Source: Nemertoderma westbladi
Taxonomy: Eukaryota; Animalia; Xenacoelomorpha
Direction: 5' to 3'
Length of the DNA stretch: 64,000 bases
Assembly: GCA_032718475.1 (NCBI GenBank)
Contig: JAUCBJ010002615.1
Coordinates: 15,079 to 79,078 of the forward strand
How positions within the stretch are numbered: the first letter of the stretch is position 1; every line of letters starts with the position of its first letter. The notes below the pieces were generated by a model, which was not told the DNA's origin, ran no database searches, and was given only the letters and a program-made list of their open reading frames with translations. A program made the position numbers and the translations under genes. Below, piece after piece: positions 43,701 to 55,626 of the stretch.

Positions 43701-46700
43701 GGGAATATTGTAAACCAGCGACTAGTTTGGGATCATTGTAAACCGGCGACCAGTTTGGGAACATTGTAAACCAGCGACCAGTTTGGGAATATTGTAAACC
43801 AGCGACTAGTTTGGGATCATTGTAAACCGGCGACCAGTTTGGGAACATTGTAAACCAGCGACCAGTTTGGGAATATTGCAAACCAGTGACCAGTTTGGGA
43901 ACATTGTAAACCAGCGACTAGTTTGGGATCATTGTAAACCAGCGACTAGTTTGGGATCATTGTAAACCAGCCACCAATTTGGGAACATTGTAAACCAGCG
44001 ACCAGTTTGGGAACATTGTAAACCAGCGACCAGTTTGGGAACATTGTAAACTAGAGACCAGTTTGGGAACATTGTAAACCAGCGACCAGTTTGGGATCAT
44101 TGCAAACCAGCGACTAGTTTGGGATCATTGTAAACCGGCGACCAGTTTTGGAACATTGTAAACCAGCGACCAGTTTGGGAACATTGTAAACCAGCGACCA
44201 GTTTGGGAACATTGTAAACCATCGACCAGTTTGGGAATATTGTAAACCAGTGAGCAGTTTGGGAACATTGTAAACCAGCCACCAGTTTGGGAACATTGTA
44301 AACCAGCCACCAGTTTGGGAACATTGTAAACCAGCGACCAGTTTGGGAACATTGTAAACCAGCGACCAGTTTGGGAACATTGTAAACCATGGGCCAGTTT
44401 GGGAACATTGTAAACCAGCGACCAGTTTGGGAAAATTGTAAACCAGCCACCAGTTTGGGAACATTGTAAACCAGCCACCAATTTGGGAACATTGTAAACC
44501 AGCGACCAGTTTGGGAACATAGTAAACCAGCGACCAGTTTGGGAACATTGTAAACTAGAGACCAGTTTGGGAACATTGTAAACCAGCGACCAGTTTGGGA
44601 TCATTGTAAACCGGCGACCAGTTTTGGAACATTGTAAACCAGCGACCAGTTTGGGAACATTGTAAACCAGCGACCAGTTTGGGAATATTGTAAACCAGTG
44701 ACCAGTTTGGGAACATTGTAAACCAGCGACTAGTTTGGGAATATTGTAAACCGGCGACCAGTTTGGGAACATTGTAAACCGGCGACCAGTTTGGGAACAT
44801 TGTAAACCAGCGACCAGTTTGGGAATATTGCAAACCAGTGACCAGTTTGGGAACATTGTAAACCAGCGACCAGTTTGGGAATATTGTAAACCAGCGACCA
44901 GTTTGGGAACATTGTAAATCAGCGACCAGTATGGGAATATTGTAAACCAGTGACCAGTTTGGGAACATTGTAAACTAGAGACCAGTTTGGGAACATTGTA
45001 AACCAGCGACCAGTTTGGGAATATTGTAAACCGGCGACCAGTTTGGGAACATTGTAAACCAGCGACCAGTTTGGGAACATTGTAAACCAGCGACCAGTAT
45101 GGGAATATTGTAAACCAGTGACCAGTTTGGGAACATTGTAAACTAGAGACCAGTTTGGGAACATTGTAAACCAGCGACCAGTTTGGGAACATTGTAAACC
45201 AGCGACCAGTTTGGGAATATTGTAAACCGGCGACCAGTTTGGGAACATTGTAAACCGGCGACCAGTTTGGGAACATTGTAAACCAGTGACCAGTTTGGGA
45301 ACATTGTAAACCAGCGACCAGTTTGGGAATATTGTAAACCAGTGACCAGTTTGGGAATATTGTAAACCAGCGACCAGTTTGGGAACATTGTAAACCAGCG
45401 ACCAGTTTGGGAATATTGTAAACCAGCGACTAGTTTGGGATCATTGTAAACCGGCGACCAGTTTGGGAACATTGTAAACCAGCGACCAGTTTGGGAATAT
45501 TGCAAACCAGTGACCAGTTTGGGAACATTGTAAACCAGCGACTAGTTTGGGATCATTGTAAACCGGCGACCAGTTTGGGAACATTGTAGGACTAACTAGC
45601 GACCAGTTTAGGAACATTGTAAACCAGTGACCAGTTTGGGAACATTGTAAACCGGCGACCAGTTTTGGAACATTGTAAACCAGCGACCAGTTTGGGAATA
45701 TTGTAAACCAGCGACTAGTTTGGGATCATTGTAAACCGGCGACCAGTTTGGGAACATTGTAAACCAGCGACCAGTTTGGGAATATTGTAAACCAGCGACT
45801 AGTTTGGGATCATTGTAAACCGGCGACCAGTTTGGGAACATTGTAAACCAGCGACCAGTTTGGGAATATTGCAAACCAGTGACCAGTTTGGGAACATTGT
45901 AAACCAGCGACTAGTTTGGGATCATTGTAAACCAGCGACTAGTTTGGGATCATTGTAAACCAGCCACCAATTTGGGAACATTGTAAACCAGCGACCAGTT
46001 TGGGAACATTGTAAACCAGCGACCAGTTTGGGAACATTGTAAACTAGAGACCAGTTTGGGAACATTGTAAACCATGGGCCAGTTTGGGAACATTGTAAAC
46101 CAGCGACCAGTTTGGGAAAATTGTAAACCAGCCACCAGTTTGGGAACATTGTAAACCAGCCACCAATTTGGGAACATTGTAAACCAGCGACCAGTTTGGG
46201 AACATAGTAAACCAGCGACCAGTTTGGGAACATTGTAAACTAGAGACCAGTTTGGGAACATTGTAAACCAGCGACCAGTTTGGGATCATTGTAAACCGGC
46301 GACCAGTTTTGGAACATTGTAAACCAGCGACCAGTTTGGGAACATTGTAAACCAGCGACCAGTTTGGGAATATTGTAAACCAGTGACCAGTTTGGGAACA
46401 TTGTAAACCAGCGACTAGTTTGGGAATATTGTAAACCGGCGACCAGTTTGGGAACATTGTAAACCGGCGACCAGTTTGGGAACATTGTAAACCAGCGACC
46501 AGTTTGGGAATATTGCAAACCAGTGACCAGTTTGGGAACATTGTAAACCAGCGACCAGTTTGGGAATATTGTAAACCAGCGACCAGTTTGGGAACATTGT
46601 AAATCAGCGACCAGTATGGGAATATTGTAAACCAGTGACCAGTTTGGGAACATTGTAAACTAGAGACCAGTTTGGGAACATTGTAAACCAGCGACCAGTT

Positions 46701-49700
46701 TGGGAATATTGTAAACCGGCGACCAGTTTGGGAACATTGTAAACCAGCGACCAGTTTGGGAACATTGTAAACCAGCGACCAGTATGGGAATATTGTAAAC
46801 CAGTGACCAGTTTGGGAACATTGTAAACTAGAGACCAGTTTGGGAACATTGTAAACCAGCGACCAGTTTGGGAACATTGTAAACCAGCGACCAGTTTGGG
46901 AATATTGTAAACCGGCGACCAGTTTGGGAACATTGTAAACCGGCGACCAGTTTGGGAACATTGTAAACCAGTGACCAGTTTGGGAACATTGTAAACCAGC
47001 GACCAGTTTGGGAATATTGTAAACCAGTGACCAGTTTGGGAATATTGTAAACCAGCGACCAGTTTGGGAACATTGTAAACCAGCGACCAGTTTTGGAATA
47101 TTGTAAACTAGAGACCAGTTTGGGAACATTGTAAACCGGCGACCAGTTTGGGATCATTGCAAACCAGCGACTAGTTTGGGAACATTGTAAACCAGCGACC
47201 AGTTTGGGAACATTGTAAACCAGCGACCAGTTTGGGATCATTGCAAACCAGCGACTAGTTTGGGATCATTGTAAACCGGCGACCAGTTTTGGAACATTGT
47301 AAACCAGCGACCAGTTTGGGAACATTGTAAACCAGCCACCAATTTGGGAACATTGTAAACCAGCGACCAGTTTGGGAACATTGTAAACCAGCGACCAGTT
47401 TGGGAACATTGTAAACTAGAGACCAGTTTGGGAACATTGTAAACCAGCCACCAGTTTGGGAACATTGTAAACCAGCCACCAATTTGGGAACATTGTAAAC
47501 CAGCGACCAGTTTGGGAACATTGTAAACCAGCCACCAATTTGGGAACATTGTAAACCAGCGACCAGTTTGGGAACATTGTAAACCAGCGACCAGTTTGGG
47601 AACATTGTAAACCGGCGACCAGTTTGGAAACATTGTAAACCAGAGACCAGTTTGGGAACATTGTAAACCGGCGACCAGTTTGGGAACATTGTAAACCAGC
47701 GACCAGTTTGGGAACATTGTAAACTAGAGACCAGTTTGGGATCATTGTAAACCGGCGACCAGTTTGGGAACATTGTAAACCAGCCACCAATTTGGGAACA
47801 TTGTAAACCAGCGACCAGTTTGGGAACATTGTAAACCAGCCACCAATTTGGGAACATTGTAAACCAGCGACCAGTTTGGGAACATTGTAAACCAGCGACC
47901 AGTTTGGGAACATTGTAAACTAGAGACCAGTTTGGGAACATTGTAAACCAGCGACCAGTTGGGATCATTGCAAACCAGCGACTAGTTTGGGATCATTGTA
48001 AACCGGCGACCAGTTTGGGAACATTGTAAACCAGCGACTAGTTTGGGATCATTGTAAACCGGCGACCAGTTTTGGAACATTGTAAACCAGCGACCAGTTT
48101 GGGAATATTGTAAACCAGCGACCAGTTTGGGAACATTGTAAACCATCGGCCAGTTTGGGAACATTGTAAACCAGCGACCAGTTTGGGAAAATTGTAAACC
48201 AGCCACCAGTTTGGGAACATTGTAAACCAGCCACCAATTTGGGAACATTGTAAACCAGCGACCAGTTTGGGAACATTGTAAACCAGCGACCAGTTTGGGA
48301 ACATTGTAAACTAGAGACCAGTTTGGGAACATTGTAAACCAGCGACCAGTTTGGGATCATTGCAAACCAGCGACTAGTTTGGGATCATTGTAAACCGGCG
48401 ACCAGTTTTGGAACATTGTAAACCAGCGACCAGTTTGGGAACATTGTAAACCAGCGACCAGTTTGGGAACATTGTAAACCATCGACCAGTTTGGGAATAT
48501 TGTAAACCAGTGAGCAGTTTGGGAACATTGTAAACCAGCCACCAGTTTGGGAACATTGTAAACCAGCCACCAGTTTGGGAACATTGTAAACCAGCGACCA
48601 GTTTGGGAACATTGTAAACCAGCGACCAGTTTGGGAACATTGTAAACCATGGGCCAGTTTGGGAACATTGTAAACCAGCGACCAGTTTGGGAAAATTGTA
48701 AACCAGCCACCAGTTTGGGAACATTGTAAACCAGCCACCAATTTGGGAACATTGTAAACCAGCGACCAGTTTGGGAACATAGTAAACCAGCGACCAGTTT
48801 GGGAACATTGTAAACTAGAGACCAGTTTGGGAACATTGTAAACCAGCGACCAGTTTGGGATCATTGTAAACCGGCGACCAGTTTTGGAACATTGTAAACC
48901 AGCGACCAGTTTGGGAACATTGTAAACCAGCGACCAGTTTGGGAATATTGTAAACCAGTGACCAGTTTGGGAACATTGTAAACCAGCGACTAGTTTGGGA
49001 TCATTGTAAACCGGTGACCAGTTTGGGAACATTGTAGGACTAACTAGCGACCAGTTTAGGAACATTGTAAACCAGTGACCAGTTTGGGAACATTGTAAAC
49101 CGGCGACCAGTTTTGGAACATTGTAAACCAGCGACCAGTTTGGGAACATTGTAAACCAGCGACCAGTTTGGGAATATTGTAAACCAGTGACCAGTTTGGG
49201 AACATTGTAAACCAGCGACCAGTTTGGGAATATTGTAAACCAGTGACCAGTTTGGGAATATTGTAAACCAGTGACCAGTTTGGGAACATTGTAAACCAGC
49301 GACTAGTTTGGGATCATTGTAAACCGGCGACCAGTTTTGGAACATTGTAAACCAGCGACCAGTTTGGGAACATTGTAAACCAGCGACTAGTTTGGGATCA
49401 TTGTAAACCGGCGACCAGTTTGGGAATATTGTAAACCAGTGACCAGTTTGGGAACATTGTAGGAACTGGCGACTAGTTTGGGAACATTGTAAACCAGCGA
49501 CCAGTTTGGGAATATTGTAAACCGGCGACCAGTTTGGGAACATTGTAAACCAGCGACCAGTTTGGGAATATTGTAAACCAGCGACCAGTTTGGGAACATT
49601 GTAAACCAGCGACCAGTTTGGGAAAATTGTAAACCAGCCACCAGTTTGGGAACATTGTAAACCAGCCACCAATTTGGGAACATTGTAAACCAGCGACCAG

Positions 49701-51560
49701 TTTGGGAACATAGTAAACCAGCGACCAGTTTGGGAACATTGTAAACTAGAGACCAGTTTGGGAACATTGTAAACCAGCGACCAGTTTGGGATCATTGTAA
49801 ACCGGCGACCAGTTTTGGAACATTGTAAACCAGCGACCAGTTTGGGAACATTGTAAACCAGCGACCAGTTTGGGAATATTGTAAACCAGTGACCAGTTTG
49901 GGAACATTGTAAACCAGCGACTAGTTTGGGATCATTGTAAACCGGTGACCAGTTTGGGAACATTGTAGGACTAACTAGCGACCAGTTTAGGAACATTGTA
50001 AACCAGTGACCAGTTTGGGAACATTGTAAACCGGCGACCAGTTTTGGAACATTGTAAACCAGCGACCAGTTTGGGAACATTGTAAACCAGCGACCAGTTT
50101 GGGAATATTGTAAACCAGTGACCAGTTTGGGAACATTGTAAACCAGCGACCAGTTTGGGAATATTGTAAACCAGTGACCAGTTTGGGAATATTGTAAACC
50201 AGTGACCAGTTTGGGAACATTGTAAACCAGCGACTAGTTTGGGATCATTGTAAACCGGCGACCAGTTTTGGAACATTGTAAACCAGCGACCAGTTTGGGA
50301 ACATTGTAAACCAGCGACTAGTTTGGGATCATTGTAAACCGGCGACCAGTTTGGGAACATTGTAGGACTAACTAGCGACCAGTTTAGGAACATTGTAAAC
50401 CAGTGACCAGTTTGGGAACATTGTAAACCGGCGACCAGTTTTGGAACATTGTAGGACTAACTAGCGACCAGTTTAGGAACATTGTAAACCAGTGACCAGT
50501 TTGGGAACATTGTAAACCGGCGACCAGTTTTGGAACATTGTAAACCAGCGACCAGTTTGGGAATATTGTAAACCAGCGACTAGTTTGGGATCATTGTAAA
50601 CCGGCGACCAGTTTGGGAACATTGTAAACCAGCGACCAGTTTGGGAATATTGCAAACCAGTGACCAGTTTGGGAACATTGTAAACCAGCGACTAGTTTGG
50701 GATCATTGTAAACCGGCGACCAGTTTGGGAACATTGTAGGACTAACTAGCGACCAGTTTAGGAACATTGTAAACCAGTGACCAGTTTGGGAACATTGTAA
50801 ACCGGCGACCAGTTTTGGAACATTGTAAACCAGCGACCAGTTTGGGAATATTGTAAACCAGCGACTAGTTTGGGATCATTGTAAACCGGCGACCAGTTTG
50901 GGAACATTGTAAACCAGCGACCAGTTTGGGAATATTGTAAACCAGCGACTAGTTTGGGATCATTGTAAACCGGCGACCAGTTTGGGAACATTGTAAACCA
51001 GCGACCAGTTTGGGAATATTGCAAACCAGTGACCAGTTTGGGAACATTGTAAACCAGCGACTAGTTTGGGATCATTGTAAACCAGCGACTAGTTTGGGAT
51101 CATTGTAAACCAGCCACCAATTTGGGAACATTGTAAACCGGCGACCAGTTTAGGAACATTGTAAACCAGTGACCAGTTTGGGAACATTGTAAACCGGCGA
51201 CCAGTTTGGGAACATTGTAAACCAGCGACCAGTTTGGGAATATTGTAAACCAGTGACCAGTTTGGGAACATTGTAGGAACTGGCGACTAGTTTGGGAACA
51301 TTGTAAACCAGCGACCAGTTTGGGAATATTGTAAACCGGCGACCAGTTTGGGAACATTGTAAACCAGCGACCAGTTTGGGAATATTGTAAACCAGTGACC
51401 AGTTTGGGAACATTGTAGGAACTGGCGACTAGTTTGGGAACATTGTAAACCAGCGACCAGTTTGGGAATATTGTAAACCGGCGACCAGTTTGGGAACATT
51501 GTATGACTAACTAGCGACCACTTTAGGAACATTGTAAACCAGAGACAAGTTAAGGAATAT
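7758..51560. repeat. 28-bp satellite DNA array, ~43.8 kb, about 1,560 monomers
   Basis: Consensus CCAGTTTGGGAACATTGTAAACCAGCGA, with left-domain variant TCAGTTTAGGAACATTGTTAATCAGCGA. Length variants of 30 bp (…TGTAGGAACTGGCGA) and 33 bp (…TGTAGGACTAACTAGCGA) occur. All units are head-to-tail in one orientation. Confidence 0.99.
33390..33481. mobile_element. 92-bp foreign insertion in the satellite with a 12-bp target-site duplication
   Basis: AAACCATCGACC at 33378-33389 and again at 33482-33493. The sister copy near 25538-25549 is empty. The duplication offset in the ORF track changes from 7840 to 7944 across it (+104 = 92 + 12). Confidence 0.9.
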
Positions 51561-51813
51561 TATTTACTAAATACTAATGGTGAGTGATTTGCCCAGCGTA
51601 ATAAAAGTCGCCCATATTTACAATTTAGTTAGTTTGAAAAGTTGAAATATATTTACTCACACATACTTTATAAACATTTTTATAAAAACAAAAAATAACT
51701 TAATGTAAAATACATACCGGTAATAAATGAATAATTTCTTACCATTATAAAATATATACAATATAGTACATATATAAATAGTATTACTGATTACTGTAAT
51801 GAAAAATATGCTA

Positions 51814-52134
51814 CTACATGTTTCGATATAATTCGTTATCATGGTGTGAATTTAACGCGATTGGTCTATTATCGCCTTGTTTGAAATATTGAGTGATTGA
51901 GTACAACAGTGGAATGTCTTGGCTTCCTTGGGGGTTCAGATTGAGTTGGGAAGTCAGGAAGTCTCTATCCACAGACCCACCACCCCCTGGAAGACCACTC
52001 TCAGCGCCCAGCACTGATGCAGCGTAACCATAGTTGTTGAAACGAAGGTATTCAATAATTAGTTCGTTTATCAATAAATTGGAGTCGCTGAGTCGAGGGG
52101 GTGACACATTCTGATCGTCTAAAGCTTTAAACAC
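51814..52134 (-). CDS. CEP20: LisH-domain centrosomal protein FOPNL/FOR20, exon 2 (terminal coding exon)
   Basis: VFKALDD...NLLINELIIEYLRFNNYGYAASVLGAESG...DRDFL...IPLLYSI closely resembles the FOPNL LisH region (VFNALDD..NLLINELIREYLEFNKY..TASVL.AESG..IPLLY). CAG acceptor at 52135-52137, phase 0; stop TAG at 51814-51816. Confidence 0.92.
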   Translation of the reverse strand: MFKALDDQNVSPPRLSDSNLLINELIIEYLRFNNYGYAASVLGAESGLPGGGGSVDRDFLTSQLNLNPQGSQDIPLLYSITQYFKQGDNRPIALNSHHDNELYRNM

Positions 52135-53526
52135 CTGTGTGAATAATATAATTAATTGAAATGTACCGTTTTACTATTACAAACTATTACAAAAGACCTG
52201 CTGGTAGTATTTTCATGATTTGTTTGTACAATTACATAAATAAACAGCTCAACTCGAATTCATTTAATCCTACTTTCGCAGTACGCATCTGCACTCCAGC
52301 TTTCCTTGATTAACATTGGTGCTGGTGTGATTGTATTAGGTGTATTCAGCTTCCACATCAGAATACTGTAAGTGAGATAATACCTTATTAGGCCTATACA
52401 GTTAAATTATTATATTTGATATAGGCTGATAGGCCTATACAGATATATAATAAGGATGGCCTAAGTTATAACCTTTCTTAATATACGCTACATGTATATA
52501 TACATGTATATGTGCATGTATAAATATATAGGCTGATAGGGCCTACATAATACCGGTAGGCCTAATAATATATATATATATTATATAGCAGTAGGTGTCC
52601 TATACTGTATACATCCATTATGGGAATGGGATGACCAGAGGATGTCCGTCACCTACGACAGATGGACATAAAACCCGCGGAAGTACGGAACACCGAAGGA
52701 TCAAGATCAACCCCTGATGACAGCTAATAATATACCTCAGTACCTATAGAGGTTACAGCGAGGCCGGTGCACTTGCGTTTATTTGGAGTTTTAGAACTTT
52801 AAACAACAATAACTAAAAAAAACCTTCTTAAATTGTCACTTTTTCGCTCGAATATACCCCAAAATCGGGAGGAAAAGTAATCAATAGGAAAGCATTGATT
52901 TTACTTTTTTCCCGGCGAAAAAAGTAAAGTAAAATATTTTTGCAGTGCCGGATTAACCTTGAGGCATATAAGGCACGTGCCTTAGGGCCAGACGAAAATA
53001 CGGCCATTTTTTCTCAGCGAGTCTGTGAAAAAAAATTATTTTTATCTGAAAAGTCCACATTTTTTCTCACTAAAATTTCTAGACAACAGAACAAAAGTGC
53101 ATCTTTCGACTATTTCCTATCACTAGATTTGTGGTAGAAATTGCAAAATTGTAGCTCAATCGACCGACAGCTGCTTGTGTTATTAGTTCAAGACCTGATA
53201 CCAGGGAAATAATAAAATATGGGCAGTAAAACATTAAAGTGCTAATTATGAAAAATGGAGAGTTTAATTTTATTTATTTGTGGGGAATTATTTGTAGTTA
53301 TGTCCTTAAAACTTTCTAGAACAACTAAATACAAGATGAAATTTCATGAAAATTTCCAGAAGGTCGGAGTAACTATCGAGACACACCTGGAACCTAAAAA
53401 AAATGAAATTTTTTTGTGTCTATGTTTGAGGGTCACTTAATTGCACCAAAAACCAAAAATGACACATTTTCGAAGTTTATATTAGAAATACATTTGATAA
53501 TTGTTTTAAACATTATGTTTTTAGAG

Positions 53527-54570
53527 GTTCCACAATTGTCACAATCAGATCAGTATACGATGGTTCGACAACATTTGTGTCTACTGTTGACGGTGACACA
53601 GAACCATTTGAAGTGTTATGGGGCGTCCTCCAAGGAGACACACTTGCACCATTCTTGTTCATTATTGTGGTTGACTATGTTCTACGCATGTCCTTAGATA
53701 ATTATAATGATGATGGGGTGATGATAACTCCACCTACTGGTTCCAGAAGTCGAGGAAATCCTGCCAAGTACCTAACTGATCTAGACTTTGCTGATGACTT
53801 AGGAGTACTATCAGAATCATTAGAGGGAGCCCAACGGCTCCTCAGCTCATTAGAACATGCTGCTTCTAGTGTTGGTCTTTTTATTAACTCCAGAAAGACC
53901 AAAATTCTGACAGTTAACTTTGAAAGTCCTCAGCAAGTCTCTGATCGGATGAGCATAAGCTCAAAGGATGGTATGCTTGAGCATGTGGACGACTTCTGTT
54001 ACCTGGGATCATGGATCCGGCCGGAAGTCAGGTGAGGACCTTCGAATACGTAAGGGAAAGGCATGGGCAGCCTTGAATAGGCTTTCCAGGATTTGGAAGT
54101 CACCGAGAATTAATCGGAAACTTAAGGTCCGATTATTTAGAGCAGCAGTAGTTCCAGTACTCCTCTACGGGAGTCCATGCTGGGCTCTAACTGCTGAGGA
54201 CACCAAATCTCTGGATGGCACATTCACAAGAATGCTACGTCGGGTTCATTGTGTCAAGTACAATGCACACATCTCCAACCAGACACTATATAACATTGGA
54301 GGTTTCTCATTGGTTCCCCCAAGCTTGACACTAGAACAAAATCGCCTCCGCTTTGCAGGACATTGCTTTCGTCGTGAGGACCAGCCAGTGCATAATCTTG
54401 TACTTTGGCAGCCTCATGGATTGAATAAGCATGGTCGACAGCCCATGACTTTCTTGAGACGCATCTTAAAGGACACTGGCCTTGAAGATGCGGATGATCT
54501 AGCTAATGTCATGGGTGATAGGGAGTTGTGGCGGTGCAATTTTGTCGATAAGCCGGCACAGCATTCTTAA
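53527..54570 (+). pseudogene. 5'-truncated non-LTR retrotransposon (RTE-like LINE) reverse transcriptase
   Basis: GVLQGDTLAPFLFIIVVDYVLR, DLDFADD and FCYLGSWI, then after a frameshift near 54020 RKGKAWAA, VLLYG, RLRFAGHCFR and LVLWQPHG. Antisense to CEP20. Confidence 0.88.
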
Positions 54571-54575
54571 AAGTG

Positions 54576-54613
54576 CAGCTGCAATGCAGCATGCCGATCC
54601 TAGTAGTAGCAGT
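54576..54613 (+). mobile_element. Hairpin+CTAG terminus (Helitron-type 3' end or LINE tail), shared with 63273-63310
   Basis: CAGCTGCAATGCAGCATGCCGATCCTAGTAGTAG: a GCTGCA-A-TGCAGC palindrome 9 nt before CTAG|T. A near-identical copy lies at 63273. Confidence 0.55.
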
Positions 54614-54752
54614 ATACGTGCTTGCCAGAACGGGCAAGGTTATTATACGTGCTTGCCAGAACGGGCAAGGTTATTATACATGCTTGCCAGAACGGGCAAG
54701 GTTATTATACGTGCTTGCCAGAACGGGCAAGGATATTATAAGTGCTTGCCAG
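54613..54752. repeat. 31-bp minisatellite, ~4.5 copies
   Basis: Unit TATACGTGCTTGCCAGAACGGGCAAGGTTAT with an internal hairpin CTTGCC/GGCAAG. Confidence 0.9.
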
Positions 54753-55459
54753 AAGAATCTAAGAAGATTCTATTGAAGAGTCTAACCAGGGCGCATCTCT
54801 GCCTTGCGTTATTAAATGGTAGCTAAATGAGTACTGGAAATTCCTCTGGGGAGTATAGCTCTGGGGGTCCGCAATGGAAATAAGTCGTCTGACATATGTG
54901 CGCAATCCCTGGCCTAACGGCTGAAGAAAATGTACTGTATTTTACTTCAGCTTTTTTCCTTCAATCTAGTTTCCTTTATTGTTTTGGTTAGAATAAGCAC
55001 TGCAACTTTAACCAGCTCTTGTCAGTTAATTACGATTAGCTTCGTTTATTGTATTAGTTAAAAGCACCACCACTGTAACTACAACTTACTATTTTCCCTC
55101 AATTTTGAAGTGTAGGTTCATTTATTGTTTTGGTTAAAAAAAAAGCAGCTACTGTAACCTACTCCGTGTTGATTAAAAATCATACTTTTTGTTATCATAT
55201 CCATATTTATAAATTAGTTGATAGACGAATAACACTGCAATAATAATAATGTAAATGTACAATATAGTAATATACAGTACCTCCCGTCCTGCCGTCTGCC
55301 CGTACTTCAGTAGTAGGCCCTATATCTATCGATATAGTTACCACATTTATATTATGACTGTATGAAACAGTATTGTACTGCACAAAATGTAATTTTCGCA
55401 CTATGAATTCCAGTCTGGCATGAATGAAACATCATTTTTCGGGAGGGGTGTAAATAACT

Positions 55460-55626
55460 CCTATACCCCGATTTGGGGTATACCTAATTTTTCCGCTGCC
55501 TGAAGATTTTCTAGTAGAGCACCGATTCGGGGTATAGCTTTCTACTGAAAATCTCGAATCGGTGTCACTATTTTCCACTATGACACCGATTCGGTGTACA
55601 GAGCTATACCCCGATTCGGGGTATTT
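55460..55626. repeat. Cluster of palindromic ATACCCCGA(A/T)TCGGGGTAT-type motifs, likely a MITE/foldback fragment
   Basis: Five related CCGA(T/A)T(C/T)GG cores at ~55465, 55521, 55555, 55585 and 55608, directly upstream of the Penelope ORF. Confidence 0.55.

Noticed and set aside
12699-51532. Hundreds of minus-strand ORFs (MFPNWSLVYNVPKLVAGLQCSQTGRWFT repeats)
   Set aside because: A 28-bp unit without minus-strand stops gives the same peptide in all three frames. Variants introduce stops and frameshifts freely, so there is no sign of coding constraint.
7758-51560. CRISPR array
   Set aside because: Units are contiguous with no unique spacers, there are no cas genes, and the context is eukaryotic. 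The single 92-bp insert has a 12-bp TSD, not a full repeat duplication.
7758-51560. Sox (CATTGT), Fox-like (GTAAAC) and CSL/Ikaros-like (TGGGAA) sites in each monomer
   Set aside because: Short matches in a 28-mer are expected by chance and nothing here supports function.
52714-52730. CTGATGA box suggesting a second hammerhead
   Set aside because: No stem II or GAAA box follows.
52943-52990. CAGTGCCGGATTAACC…TAGGGCC, resembling a hAT-type MITE end
   Set aside because: No matching opposite terminus or TSD was found.
54753-54950. Possible 3' UTR of a CR1/L2-group LINE (GGGTCCGCAATGGAAATAAGT…ATCCCT)
   Set aside because: The resemblance is from memory only, with no adjoining ORF or tail to confirm it.
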